Shown piece by piece: positions 1-9,573 of a stretch of 64,000 bases of DNA. Where the stretch lies: sequence record OL956808.1, one strand, 5' to 3'. The stretch is from Escherichia phage vB_EcoM-S1P5QW. The position numbers and the translations under genes are program-made. A model generated the notes under the pieces. The model was given only the letters and a program-made list of their open reading frames with translations, had not been told where the DNA came from and made no database searches. Positions within the stretch are counted from its first letter, which is position 1, and each line of letters begins with the position of its first letter.

Positions 1-1
1 T

Positions 2-370
2 AATAAATCAACATGGAATGCTAGAAATGGTGCTCCATTCACTGGTGAAACACTAGAACAATTAATTGAATGTTTGAATAATGATTATATAGAAGGATTA
101 ACTATAACCGGAGGAGACCCTCTTTATCCTGATAACAGAGACGTGATTCACTCTGTGGTTCAAACTATTAAAAATCTTTATCCCAATAAAAGCATTTGGT
201 TGTGGACAGGATATAAGTTTGAAGATATTAAACAACTAGAAATGCTTAAATATGTTGATGTTATTATTGATGGGAAGTATGAGAAAAATCTTCCGACCAA
301 AAAGCTGTGGCGAGGATCAGATAATCAGCGGCTTTGGTCAAATACCGATGGGGTGTGGAAACATGATTAA
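2..370 (+). CDS. nrdG: Anaerobic ribonucleotide reductase activating protein, 5'-truncated at window edge (frame open from position 2)
   Basis: ORF 74..370 stays open upstream to the window start; C-terminal sequence matches recalled T4 NrdG; synteny with nrdH and 55 downstream. Confidence 0.85.
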   Translation, partial: NKSTWNARNGAPFTGETLEQLIECLNNDYIEGLTITGGDPLYPDNRDVIHSVVQTIKNLYPNKSIWLWTGYKFEDIKQLEMLKYVDVIIDGKYEKNLPTKKLWRGSDNQRLWSNTDGVWKHD

Positions 371-485
371 ATTGAATTATATTATGGATACTATAAATGA
401 TATGATTTTTCATTTTGGTCCAGAATTTTATTCCCAATATAGTTTAGTGCTTATCAATGCTTGGTTAATTAATTAAGGGTAAAAT

Positions 486-698
486 ATGTATAAATTTCGT
501 AAAGGTTTAGCTGATTTTCTTACAACTGTAACATTCTTTCTGTTTATGGCAGTTGGAGCTATTTTCCTTATTCCTTTTATTGTTATATTTTTCGTAATTA
601 GTTTGATTTCTCCAGAAAAGGGCTTATCTTCTAGTGAGTTCAATGAGCGTCTGGATAAAATTACTAATAAGCTGAATGCTGCTCTTAGTAAGGAATAG
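486..698 (+). CDS. Hypothetical small membrane protein (70 aa)
   Basis: ORF with hydrophobic core FFLFMAVGAIFLIPFIVIFFVISLI; sits in intergenic slot between nrdG and nrdH. Confidence 0.5.
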   Translation: MYKFRKGLADFLTTVTFFLFMAVGAIFLIPFIVIFFVISLISPEKGLSSSEFNERLDKITNKLNAALSKE

Positions 699-700
699 TT

Positions 701-1009
701 GTGAAACAAAATAAGATTGAAGTCTATGGAATTCCAGATGAAGTAGGTCGTTGTCCTGGATGTCAATCAGTTACAAAACTCCTAAAGGAGCTCAATGCTC
801 CTTTTACTTTCTATAAAGTTCTTACAAATAATGGTAAGATTGAGTATGATCGTCCACTGATTGTATCTCTTGCTAAACGCGCTGGATTCACATCTCTTAA
901 CATTCGTTATCCGGTCATTTTCATTAATGATTCTAGACAAAAGAACATTAAACACTTCAAAGAAACTCTCATTTCACTTGGATATGATAGAGATATCATA
1001 GAAGACTAA
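701..1009 (+). CDS. nrdH: Glutaredoxin-like protein (NrdH-like), GTG start
   Basis: 102 aa with CPGC redox motif; position downstream of nrdG as in T4. Confidence 0.8.
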   Translation: MKQNKIEVYGIPDEVGRCPGCQSVTKLLKELNAPFTFYKVLTNNGKIEYDRPLIVSLAKRAGFTSLNIRYPVIFINDSRQKNIKHFKETLISLGYDRDIIED

Positions 1010-1012
1010 GAC

Positions 1013-1036
1013 GGGCCCTCTGGGCCTTTCTTTCTC
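1013..1036 (+). terminator. Short GC hairpin (GGCCC-loop-GGGCC) followed by T-rich tract
   Basis: Inverted repeat directly after nrdH stop. Confidence 0.4.
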
Positions 1037-1094
1037 ACATTCTGTATATTACCATTCTAAGCTATCGTTCCCTTCTTATCATTCCCTAAAATAA

Positions 1095-1140
1095 TTTTCA
1101 CAAAGTTGTTTACAACAAGTTCAAACCGTGGTATTATTAA
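1095..1140 (+). promoter_or_regulatory. T4-type early promoter (-35 GTTTACA, 17-bp spacer, -10 TATTAT)
   Basis: TTTCACAAAGTTGTTTACA...GTGGTATTAT matches the extended T4 early promoter pattern. Confidence 0.5.
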
Positions 1141-1167
1141 CATATGAATTACCTTTGAGGAATTGAT

Positions 1168-1344
1168 ATGGTTGATAAAGAGATTAAAATTGACCAGTAC
1201 TATCGTGTTAACGGACATATCGTTATTGTTACAGCAGTCGATGATTTAGATGTTCATTATACTGTGATTAAATGGAACAAACGTATGATTTGTGATCGTG
1301 CTGTATTTAGTTCAGTTGCTAAGGAAATTAAACTCCATGGGTAA
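1168..1344 (+). CDS. Hypothetical protein (58 aa), not in ORF track
   Basis: ATG 28 nt after promoter; stop overlaps start of next ORF (ATGGGTAA). Confidence 0.45.
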   Translation: MVDKEIKIDQYYRVNGHIVIVTAVDDLDVHYTVIKWNKRMICDRAVFSSVAKEIKLHG

Positions 1345-1630
1345 AACGTATCGTCGTAAAGACTTAAAAGTGCGTGATTATGACTATTTCGGAAAGCGTA
1401 AAGCTCCTGATGGGGTAAGTCATAAAGATATGGTTGAAAACATTTTTCGCTCAGATAAATGGCGTAGAATGAAAGGTATTGATTCAGAAGTTAAAGATGA
1501 GTTAAATCGTCAATTACGTGGTGAAGTAAGAAAGTTGAAAAAATCAGTTTACATTGACGATGATTTTGATTATAATACTTCTCAACGAGTTGCTAAACGT
1601 AAATCAAACGAGTGTTATCGTTACAGCTGA
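1337..1630 (+). CDS. Hypothetical basic protein (97 aa; internal start of track ORF 1292..1630)
   Basis: Start MGKTYRRK chosen because upstream part overlaps preceding ORF; Lys/Arg-rich. Confidence 0.55.
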   Translation: MGKTYRRKDLKVRDYDYFGKRKAPDGVSHKDMVENIFRSDKWRRMKGIDSEVKDELNRQLRGEVRKLKKSVYIDDDFDYNTSQRVAKRKSNECYRYS

Positions 1631-1637
1631 GGAAAAT

Positions 1638-1769
1638 ATGAATATCAAACGAATGCTTTTTAAGCAAGGGCTATATACTTTAAATGTTACTCCAAAAGGT
1701 GATACAACTAAGTGGTCAGTAAATGACTGGATTAAATTTATTGATGAAAACGGTAACTGGAAAATTTAA
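1638..1769 (+). CDS. Hypothetical protein (43 aa; internal start of track ORF 1554..1769)
   Basis: RBS GAGGAAAA precedes ATG at 1638. Confidence 0.4.
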   Translation: MNIKRMLFKQGLYTLNVTPKGDTTKWSVNDWIKFIDENGNWKI

Positions 1770-1970
1770 ATGAATCCTGAATCTAAATTATCACAACGAA
1801 TTGCCGAATCTCGTCGTCAGTTCTTTGAAAATATGATAGCCCAAGGTATTGATGATGAAGTTTTTCTAAACTGGTTTTGGAATCACAAATATTCGAGTTG
1901 CTCAGGAGCAATATTAATATCAGCCGCAATGATGTACGAAGGCTGGAAGGGTGCCAAAAAGTTTAGCTAA
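1770..1970 (+). CDS. Hypothetical protein (66 aa)
   Basis: ORF ending just before a UUCG hairpin. Confidence 0.5.
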   Translation: MNPESKLSQRIAESRRQFFENMIAQGIDDEVFLNWFWNHKYSSCSGAILISAAMMYEGWKGAKKFS

Positions 1971-1988
1971 GGGCTTCGGCCCTTTTTG
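1971..1988 (+). terminator. GGGC-UUCG-GCCC tetraloop hairpin plus T5
   Basis: Perfect 4-bp GC stem with UUCG loop followed by TTTTT. Confidence 0.55.
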
Positions 1989-2022
1989 GATAATAAAATT
2001 TTAACGTAATTGAGGATAATGT

Positions 2023-2349
2023 ATGACTATTCAAATTAAAAACGTCATTAATTCTTACGCATATGATAAAGTAGTTTCTTTGCTAGAAAAAGGCGATATT
2101 GTAACTCCTCAAATTTTGGATAAATGGGAAAAAGAGCTTCATCAAATGATGAAACAGAATGATCAGAAGATTGGACGCAATACTGTCCGTGAATTGTTGG
2201 TTCAATATATCTTGTCAGAATTTGATGTTAAAGCTTTTGGTGTAGAATCTAAAGCTTATCAAAAGCATGAAATTTCCGATAAAACTATTCGTCGCATGAA
2301 AAATCAACGCAAGAAAAAATTTGCAGACCTGAAAATTACTAAGGTATAA
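2023..2349 (+). CDS. Hypothetical protein (108 aa)
   Basis: ORF with RBS GAGGATAA; part of tightly packed small-gene run between nrdH and 55. Confidence 0.6.
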   Translation: MTIQIKNVINSYAYDKVVSLLEKGDIVTPQILDKWEKELHQMMKQNDQKIGRNTVRELLVQYILSEFDVKAFGVESKAYQKHEISDKTIRRMKNQRKKKFADLKITKV

Positions 2350-2351
2350 TT

Positions 2352-2567
2352 ATGAACGAAGCTCTTATTAACGATTTGCGTCTTGCCGGATATGAAGTAA
2401 ATACAAATGGCATTGGTTTAACTCAAATTGAAGGAAACGGATTCATCCTTGAGTATGAATTTAGCCAATGGTGGTTATATGCCAATTACGGCGAATTGAT
2501 TGAATATGTTGATCAATTTGATTCATTAGATGCAGCTCTTGAAGCGGCTAAGTTGATGAATGTATGA
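2352..2567 (+). CDS. Hypothetical acidic protein (71 aa)
   Basis: ORF translationally coupled to neighbours. Confidence 0.6.
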   Translation: MNEALINDLRLAGYEVNTNGIGLTQIEGNGFILEYEFSQWWLYANYGELIEYVDQFDSLDAALEAAKLMNV

Positions 2568-2833
2568 AATTTATTAATATTTCTATTACTATTGAAAATT
2601 ATGGCATTTTCTATGTTGACCAATACATGAAAATTTCATTTTTCCCAAATAAGACTGGTGTTGGATATTGGGAAAGCCATGTTTCTGAATTAAATGAAAG
2701 TGAATATGCTAGCACACATGAAAAGTTTTTAGACTTTTTATATCATGCTGATTTAACTAGTCATTATATAGATATTCATGAATTTAAAAAGATGATGGAG
2801 AAAGTATTCCAAGCATACTGCTTACTTAGATAA
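2564..2833 (+). CDS. Hypothetical protein (89 aa)
   Basis: ORF with ATGA overlap to upstream gene. Confidence 0.6.
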   Translation: MKFINISITIENYGIFYVDQYMKISFFPNKTGVGYWESHVSELNESEYASTHEKFLDFLYHADLTSHYIDIHEFKKMMEKVFQAYCLLR

Positions 2834-2911
2834 CTGATATCCTCTATGCTTTAAGATAGATCTTCAAATATTATGATATAATAGATCTATGAATTGAGCT
2901 AAGAGGTGAAA

Positions 2912-3469
2912 ATGTCAGAAACTAAGCCTAAATATAATTACGTAAACAATAAAGAGCTTTTACAAGCTATTATTGATTGGAAAACAGAATTAGCAAATAA
3001 TAAAGACCCAAATAAAGTAGTTCGTCAGAATGATACTATCGGATTGGCCATTATGCTTATCGCAGAAGGCTTATCTAAACGTTTCAACTTTTCAGGATAC
3101 ACCCAATCCTGGAAACAAGAAATGATTGCAGATGGTATAGAAGCTTCTATTAAGGGGCTTCATAATTTTGATGAAACGAAATATAAAAACCCACATGCAT
3201 ATATAACTCAAGCTTGTTTTAATGCATTCGTCCAACGTATTAAAAAAGAACGTAAGGAAGTTGCAAAGAAATACAGTTACTTCGTTCACAATGTCTATGA
3301 CAGTCGTGACGACGATATGGTTGCGTTAGTAGATGAAACTTTTATTCAAGACATCTACGATAAAATGACGCATTACGAAGAATCAACCTATAGAACACCG
3401 GGGGCTGAAAAGAAAAGTGTTGTAGACGATTCTCCTAGTTTGGATTTTTTATATGAGGCTAACGATTAA
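2912..3469 (+). CDS. 55: Late-transcription sigma factor gp55
   Basis: [20 protein letters not shown]... matches recalled T4 gp55; 185 aa; RBS AAGAGGTG before ATG at 2912. Confidence 0.95.
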
Positions 3470-3671
3470 CCTCTCCGGATTCTTGGAAGAAATACCTGAA
3501 GTTGAAGCTATTCCCTATTTGCTTAAAATGTATCTCAGGGAAGTTTTAGCTCTTGACATTGATATTGATCCAGAAAATCCGTATGATACCGCTTTTAAAT
3601 CTAATGGTGTAGAATTAAATTACAGGTATCATTTAACAGATGATGATTTTTATTTTATATTAGAGAAATAA
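3453..3671 (+). CDS. Hypothetical protein (72 aa)
   Basis: ORF overlapping 3' end of gene 55; start uncertain. Confidence 0.5.
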
Positions 3672-3672
3672 T

Positions 3673-3990
3673 ATGACTGATAAACCCGAAATTAATGATG
3701 AAGTGGAAAAGCTTATTTCTTCTATTGAAGAAAAGAACCGTCTTGAAGCAGAAAGAAAAGCAAATAAGTTATTGTCTAAAAACAAACGTGAACTGAATCG
3801 TCTTTATAAGCACGCTCAGATCGCAGCTGAAAATAATAATTTTGCTCAATACGAATATGCTATCAAGAAAAGTCGGGATATTCTAAAACAGCCATATAAC
3901 GATGAACTCATCAGTATTCTTTGGAAGACTACTAGATCGCAAATTGAGGATATGATTGATGCTTACACACGTAAAATTCAAGCGTCTTAA
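3673..3990 (+). CDS. Hypothetical protein (105 aa), charged/helical
   Basis: ORF immediately following previous stop. Confidence 0.6.
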   Translation: MTDKPEINDEVEKLISSIEEKNRLEAERKANKLLSKNKRELNRLYKHAQIAAENNNFAQYEYAIKKSRDILKQPYNDELISILWKTTRSQIEDMIDAYTRKIQAS

Positions 3991-4162
3991 AATTAATGCA
4001 GGATTTACTGAATCTTTGAATGGTCATCTTTGTGTGAAAATTTCTGAAAAAGAATACCATGATAGTTCAATTAAAGAAGTTAATCCTCCTATTGTAAGAG
4101 CAGACCCTAATATGAAAGTGTGGGTTGATTCTTATCAAGTCAAAAAATGGTGGCAGTTATGA
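3956..4162 (+). CDS. Hypothetical protein (68 aa)
   Basis: ORF overlapping upstream gene 3' end; start uncertain. Confidence 0.45.
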   Translation: MMLTHVKFKRLKINAGFTESLNGHLCVKISEKEYHDSSIKEVNPPIVRADPNMKVWVDSYQVKKWWQL

Positions 4163-4405
4163 AAGATGAACACCCAGACTTCTGAAATAGATTATAATAA
4201 AATTCGTTCCTCTAAAGAGGAAATGATGAGACTCTTTAAAGAGTCTCATGATAAAGCTAAAGCAGAAGGAACTATAAAATATAAGCGCATAAAATTTAAA
4301 AGTTCTAACGAGCCTCTGTATGGCGTATTATGTGGATAGGAGCTTCGGCTCCTATATTGCTTTATAAATTTTTGGTAAAATAAACCAAAACAAAGAGGAT
4401 ATTAA

Positions 4406-5608
4406 ATGAAAGTATGTATTTTTATGGCTCGAGGTCTTGAAGGTTGTGGTGTAACAAAATTCTCACTCGAGCAACGTGATTGGTTTATTAAAAATAGTCA
4501 TGAAGTGACTTTGGTTTATGCTAAAGATAAATCATTTACTCGTAATTGCGCGCATGATTATAAATCATTTTCAATTCCGGTTTTATTGGCAAAAGAATAT
4601 GATAAAACACTTAAGCTGGTAAATGATTGTGATATTCTAATTATCAATTCAGTTCCTGCTACTTCGGTTGAAGAAGACACGATTAATAACTATAAAAAAA
4701 TTATTGATAACATTAAACCTTCTGTTCGTGTTGTAGTTTATCAACATGACCATTCTTCTCTTTCTTTGCGTCGAAATTTGGGATTAGAAGAAACTGTTCG
4801 TCGAGCTGATGTTATTTTTAGCCATTCTGATAATGGTGATTTTAATAAAGTTCTGATGAAAGAGTGGTATCCAGAAACTGTTTCTCTGTTTGATGATATT
4901 GAAGAAGCACCGACCGTATATAACTTTCAGCCTCCTATGGATATTGCGAAGGTTCGATCAACCTACTGGAAAGATGTTTCTGAAATTAACATGAATATCA
5001 ACCGTTGGATTGGTCGTACGACTACATGGAAAGGTTTTTATCAGATGTTTGATTTTCACGAAAAACATCTTAAACCTGCAGGACTAAGTACTATTATGGA
5101 AGGTCTGGAACGTTCTCCAGCGTTCATTCCTATTAAAGAAAAAGGAATTCCATACGAGTATTATCGTCTTCATCAAGTAGACCAAATTAAAATTGCTCCT
5201 AATTTGCCAACGCAAATTCTTGACCGTTATGTAAATAGCGAAATGCTTGAACGTATGAGTAAATCCGGATTTGGTTATCAGTTGAGTAAGTTGGATAAAA
5301 AATATCTACAGCGCTCTTTAGAATATACTCATCTCGAGCTTGGTGCATGTGGAACAATTCCGGTATTTTGGAAATCTACTGGCGAAAATTTAAAATTCCG
5401 TGTTGATAATACTCCTTTGACCTCGCATGATAGCGGTATCATTTGGTTTGATGAAAATGATATGGAATCAACATTTGAACGTATTAAAGAACTGTCATCT
5501 GACCGAGCTCTTTATGACCGTGAGCGAGAAAAAGCATATGAATTTTTGTATCAGCATCAAGATTCAAGCTTCTGCTTTAAAGAACAGTTTGACATTATTA
5601 CAAAATAA
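4406..5608 (+). CDS. agt: DNA alpha-glucosyltransferase
   Basis: 400 aa; MKVCIFMARGLEGCGVTKFSLEQRDWFIKN... matches recalled T4 alpha-gt nearly throughout. Confidence 0.95.
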   Translation: MKVCIFMARGLEGCGVTKFSLEQRDWFIKNSHEVTLVYAKDKSFTRNCAHDYKSFSIPVLLAKEYDKTLKLVNDCDILIINSVPATSVEEDTINNYKKIIDNIKPSVRVVVYQHDHSSLSLRRNLGLEETVRRADVIFSHSDNGDFNKVLMKEWYPETVSLFDDIEEAPTVYNFQPPMDIAKVRSTYWKDVSEINMNINRWIGRTTTWKGFYQMFDFHEKHLKPAGLSTIMEGLERSPAFIPIKEKGIPYEYYRLHQVDQIKIAPNLPTQILDRYVNSEMLERMSKSGFGYQLSKLDKKYLQRSLEYTHLELGACGTIPVFWKSTGENLKFRVDNTPLTSHDSGIIWFDENDMESTFERIKELSSDRALYDREREKAYEFLYQHQDSSFCFKEQFDIITK

Positions 5609-5609
5609 A

Positions 5610-5625
5610 GGGCTTCGGCCCTTTA
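5610..5625 (+). terminator. GGGC-UUCG-GCCC hairpin after agt
   Basis: Tetraloop hairpin 2 nt after agt stop, followed by TTT. Confidence 0.5.
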
Positions 5626-5647
5626 GCTTTATACGGAGTTTGATATA

Positions 5648-5788
5648 ATGATATTTCTTGGATATGTGATACTTTTTCTTGCATTTTATCTATTCACTAG
5701 AGCATGCTGGATTGGGTTCTTTAGCACTCCAGATGGATTTATTTCAATAATTTTATTTTGCATTTCAATGACGGTTCTTGATATATGA
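5648..5788 (+). CDS. Small hydrophobic protein (46 aa), not in ORF track
   Basis: Stop TGA overlaps ATG of gene 47 (ATGA); predicted TM peptide. Confidence 0.45.
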   Translation: MIFLGYVILFLAFYLFTRACWIGFFSTPDGFISIILFCISMTVLDI

Positions 5789-6804
5789 AAATTTTAAATT
5801 TAGGTGATTGGCATTTAGGCGTTAAAGCCGATGATGAGTGGGTTCAATCCATTCAGTTAGATGGAATTAAACAAGCAATAGAATATTCTAAGAAAAATGG
5901 AATTACTACCTGGATTCAATATGGCGATATTTTTGATGTGCGAAAAGCAATCACGCATAAAACTATGGAGTTCGCTCGTGAAATAGTTCAAATGCTTGAT
6001 GATGCTGGTATTACCCTACATACTGTTGTAGGAAACCATGATATGCACTTTAAAAATACTTTAACTCCAAATGCCTCTACTGAGCTTTTGGCTAAATATC
6101 CTAATGTTAAAGTATATGATAAGCCTACTACAGTAGATTTTGACGGATGTTTAATTGATTTAATTCCTTGGATGTGTGAAGAAAATACTGGTGAAATTCT
6201 CGAGCACATAAAAACTTCTTCTGCTTCTTTTTGTGTTGGTCACTGGGAACTGAATGGATTTTATTTTTATAAAGGAATGAAATCTCACGGTCTTGAACCT
6301 GATTTCCTTAAGACTTATAAAGAAGTGTGGTCTGGTCACTTCCATACTATTTCTGAGGCTGCAAACGTCAAATATATTGGGACACCATGGACACTAACTG
6401 CAGGTGACGAGAATGACCCTCGTGGGTTCTGGATGTTTGATACAGAAACAGAACGAATGGAATTTATTCCAAACAACACTACCTGGCATCGTAGAATTCA
6501 TTATCCATTTAAAGGAAAAATTGACTATAAAGATTTTACAAATCTATCAGTACGTGTTATAGTAACTGAGGTAGACAAAAATCTGACGAAGTTCGAATCT
6601 GAACTAGAAAAAGTTGTGCATTCATTACGAGTTGTGTCAAAGATTGATAACTCTGTCGAGTCAGATGACAGTGAAGAAGTTGAAGTTCAATCTCTTCAGA
6701 CGTTAATGGAAGAATACATTAATGCAATTCCAGACATCACTGATTCTGATCGTGAAGCACTTATTCAATATGCAAATCAGTTATATGTAGAGGCAACACA
6801 ATGA
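5785..6804 (+). CDS. 47: Recombination endonuclease subunit gp47 (Mre11-like)
   Basis: 339 aa; phosphoesterase motifs (GDWHLG, GNHD); synteny with 46. Confidence 0.95.
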   Translation: MKILNLGDWHLGVKADDEWVQSIQLDGIKQAIEYSKKNGITTWIQYGDIFDVRKAITHKTMEFAREIVQMLDDAGITLHTVVGNHDMHFKNTLTPNASTELLAKYPNVKVYDKPTTVDFDGCLIDLIPWMCEENTGEILEHIKTSSASFCVGHWELNGFYFYKGMKSHGLEPDFLKTYKEVWSGHFHTISEAANVKYIGTPWTLTAGDENDPRGFWMFDTETERMEFIPNNTTWHRRIHYPFKGKIDYKDFTNLSVRVIVTEVDKNLTKFESELEKVVHSLRVVSKIDNSVESDDSEEVEVQSLQTLMEEYINAIPDITDSDREALIQYANQLYVEATQ

Positions 6805-7064
6805 TTTTTGATGAATTTAAAGATGTCATGATGAGTCAGCATTTTGAATGCGAAGTAAAAGATGATATTGGGCATAAAGAAATTATTGAATATTGGTTTG
6901 AACCGCTAGAAGTTGAAGATAATTGTATTAAAAAGGTTACAGTCTGCACTGACTGGGCTGTATCTTTTAACTTCAACATTTTAGATAATGACACACCTAA
7001 ATCATTACGAGATATGGCTGTATCTTGTATTAAGGATGCATACTGTGAAGTTTTCGACATTTGA
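6801..7064 (+). CDS. Hypothetical protein (87 aa)
   Basis: ORF coupled to gene 47 stop (ATGA). Confidence 0.5.
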   Translation: MIFDEFKDVMMSQHFECEVKDDIGHKEIIEYWFEPLEVEDNCIKKVTVCTDWAVSFNFNILDNDTPKSLRDMAVSCIKDAYCEVFDI

Positions 7065-7251
7065 CATTAATGATGAATTCATAGCAAATATTGATTATAC
7101 CGAAGAAGATTCTAGATATGTTGGAATAATTTATATTACATCAAAAACAGCACAAGGTGTTGTTTGCATGGCTGAATTTGATGAATACTTTTTAGATTAT
7201 GATGATATGATAGAATGGTCTAAAAGATACATTAAAAGGAATCTTTTGTGA
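7036..7251 (+). CDS. Hypothetical protein (about 71 aa; start uncertain)
   Basis: ORF 6988..7251, internal Met chosen to limit overlap. Confidence 0.45.
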   Translation: MHTVKFSTFDINDEFIANIDYTEEDSRYVGIIYITSKTAQGVVCMAEFDEYFLDYDDMIEWSKRYIKRNLL

Positions 7252-8930
7252 AGAATTTTAAACTAAACCGAGTTAGGTATCAAAATATAATGTCAGTAGG
7301 TGGAAATCCTATTGACATTCAATTAGATAAGGTTCAAAAAACTCTTATTACTGGCCGAAATGGCGGTGGTAAGTCTACTATGTTAGAAGCCATCACATTT
7401 GGGCTTTTTGGCAAGCCATTTCGTGATGTAAAGAAAGGTCAATTAATAAACAGCACAAATAAGAAAGAACTTTTAGTTGAACTGTGGATGGAATATGATG
7501 AGAAAAAGTACTATATCAAAAGAGGACAAAAACCGAACGTTTTCGAAATCACCGTTAACGGTACACGTCTTAATGAATCTGCCAGCAGTAAAGATTTCCA
7601 AGCAGAATTTGAACAGCTTATCGGAATGTCATATGCCAGTTTCAAGCAGATTGTTGTTCTTGGTACAGCAGGGTATACCCCTTTCATGGGTTTGTCGACC
7701 CCTGCGCGAAGAAAGCTTGTGGAAGACCTGCTTGAGGTAGGAACATTAGCTGAAATGGATAAGCTTAATAAAGCACTAATACGTGAATTAAATTCACAAA
7801 ACCAAGTGCTTGATGTTAAAAAAGATAGTATTATCCAACAAATTAAAATATATAATGATAACGTTGAACGCCAGAAAAAATTAACGGGTGACAACCTTAC
7901 TCGTCTTCAAAATATGTATGATGATTTGGCAAAAGAAGCTAGAACGCTAAAATCGGAAATAGAAGAAGCTAACGAAAGATTAGTTAATATTGTTTTGGAT
8001 GAAGACCCGACTGATGCATTTAATAAAATCGGTCAAGAAGCATTTTTAATTAAATCAAAAATTGATTCGTATAATAAAGTCATTAATATGTATCACGAAG
8101 GTGGATTATGTCCAACCTGTTTGTCACAATTAAGTTCCGGTGATAAAGTTGTTTCTAAAATTAAAGATAAAGTTTCTGAATGCACGCATTCATTTGAACA
8201 GCTTTCAACACATCGTGATAATTTAAAAGTTCTTGTTGATGAATACCGAGATAATATTAAAACCCAGCAGACGTTGGCAAATGATATTCGCAATAAAAAG
8301 CAATCTCTAATCACGACGGTAGATAAAGCTAAAAAAGTTAAAGCAGCTATAGAAAAAGCATCATCCGAGTTTATTGACCATGCTGATGAAATAGCACTGC
8401 TTCAAGAAGAACTTGATAAAATTGTTAAGACAAAAACTAATTTAGTAATGGAAAAATACCACAGAGGAATTTTGACTGACATGCTCAAAGATTCTGGTAT
8501 TAAAGGTGCTATTATTAAAAAGTACATTCCATTATTTAATAAGCAGATTAACCATTATCTTAAAATAATGGAAGCGGATTATGTGTTTACATTAGATGAA
8601 GAATTTAATGAGACAATTAAATCCCGTGGTCGTGAAGATTTTAGTTATGCTTCATTTAGTCAAGGTGAAAAAGCACGAATTGATATTGCTCTTTTATTTA
8701 CTTGGCGTGATATTGCTGAAAAAGTTTCAGGTGTTAAAATAAACACACTAATTCTTGATGAAGTTTTTGATTCAGCGACCGACGTTGAAGGTGTAAAAGC
8801 TATTTCAACTATTTTAGATAGTTTAAAAAATACTAATGTTTTTGTTATTTCACATAGAGACCATGACCCGCAAGCATACGGTCAGCATCTTCAAATGAAG
8901 AAAGTTGGTCGATTTACTGTAATGGTTTAA
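7248..8930 (+). CDS. 46: Recombination endonuclease subunit gp46 (Rad50/SbcC-like ATPase), GTG start
   Basis: 560 aa; Walker A GRNGGGKST, coiled coil with CPTC zinc hook, C-terminal signature/Walker B region. Confidence 0.95.
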   Translation: MKNFKLNRVRYQNIMSVGGNPIDIQLDKVQKTLITGRNGGGKSTMLEAITFGLFGKPFRDVKKGQLINSTNKKELLVELWMEYDEKKYYIKRGQKPNVFEITVNGTRLNESASSKDFQAEFEQLIGMSYASFKQIVVLGTAGYTPFMGLSTPARRKLVEDLLEVGTLAEMDKLNKALIRELNSQNQVLDVKKDSIIQQIKIYNDNVERQKKLTGDNLTRLQNMYDDLAKEARTLKSEIEEANERLVNIVLDEDPTDAFNKIGQEAFLIKSKIDSYNKVINMYHEGGLCPTCLSQLSSGDKVVSKIKDKVSECTHSFEQLSTHRDNLKVLVDEYRDNIKTQQTLANDIRNKKQSLITTVDKAKKVKAAIEKASSEFIDHADEIALLQEELDKIVKTKTNLVMEKYHRGILTDMLKDSGIKGAIIKKYIPLFNKQINHYLKIMEADYVFTLDEEFNETIKSRGREDFSYASFSQGEKARIDIALLFTWRDIAEKVSGVKINTLILDEVFDSATDVEGVKAISTILDSLKNTNVFVISHRDHDPQAYGQHLQMKKVGRFTVMV

Positions 8931-8985
8931 TTTATAAGAGATTATGCTTTAATTTATTAGAGTATAATCTCTATGGAGGAAAAAC

Positions 8986-9174
8986 ATGGAATATTCAACT
9001 GGACAGCATCTATTAACTATTCCTGAAATAAAACGATATATTCTGAGAAATAATTTTTCTAATGAAGAGCATATAGTTACTGAATATATGCTTAGGAATG
9101 CATTTAAAGCAGAATATACAAAAATAATGTCCAATAGAAATGAAGCTTGGACTGTTACTGATTATTATGACTAA
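8986..9174 (+). CDS. Hypothetical protein (62 aa), position of T4 45.2
   Basis: Small ORF between 46 and rpbA. Confidence 0.6.
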   Translation: MEYSTGQHLLTIPEIKRYILRNNFSNEEHIVTEYMLRNAFKAEYTKIMSNRNEAWTVTDYYD

Positions 9175-9183
9175 AGGTGTATT

Positions 9184-9573
9184 ATGACTAAAATTACTGT
9201 GAATTATACTGTTGATGTAAAAGATATTCAGCCAAAACACGTGCGTTCTGAATCAAATCCACAAAACCAAAATAAAATCCGTCGAGCATGGGTTTTGTCT
9301 CTTTCTGATAACGCAATGGAAGTTATTCAGAACAAAATTAAATCTGCACCTGCTCGTCATGCGTATTATGAAGCTATCGATCGTGAAGTAAGTAATAAAT
9401 GGATTGAACTAATGCGCAAACATACTACAGAATCTCTAAACGCCGGTGCTAAATTTATTATGACTTCATGTGGTGAACGCCTTGAAGATGATTATTGCGG
9501 TAATGCAGATGAACGTCTGATTGTTGCTGCACAAATTGTTGCGGAAACAATTGTGGCCGAGTTTAATAAATGA
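9184..9573 (+). CDS. rpbA: RNA polymerase binding protein RpbA
   Basis: 129 aa; position between 46 and 45 as in T4. Confidence 0.8.
   Translation: MTKITVNYTVDVKDIQPKHVRSESNPQNQNKIRRAWVLSLSDNAMEVIQNKIKSAPARHAYYEAIDREVSNKWIELMRKHTTESLNAGAKFIMTSCGERLEDDYCGNADERLIVAAQIVAETIVAEFNK

Noticed and set aside
252-766. Overlapping ORFs 252..476 (+) and 473..766 (-) around the nrdG 3' end and the following small gene
   Set aside because: Alternative-frame/antisense ORFs overlapping better-supported genes; low-complexity translations, no RBS; likely spurious.
2840-2905. Paired GATAGATCT/ATAGATCTAT motifs upstream of gene 55 as a possible operator
   Set aside because: AGATCT is self-complementary and the region is AT-rich; two copies could be chance; no further support.
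4339-4370. TATAAATT near a GGAGC-UUCG-GCUCC hairpin upstream of agt as a possible late promoter
   Set aside because: Octamer is not an exact TATAAATA; agt is an early gene; treated as a hairpin only.
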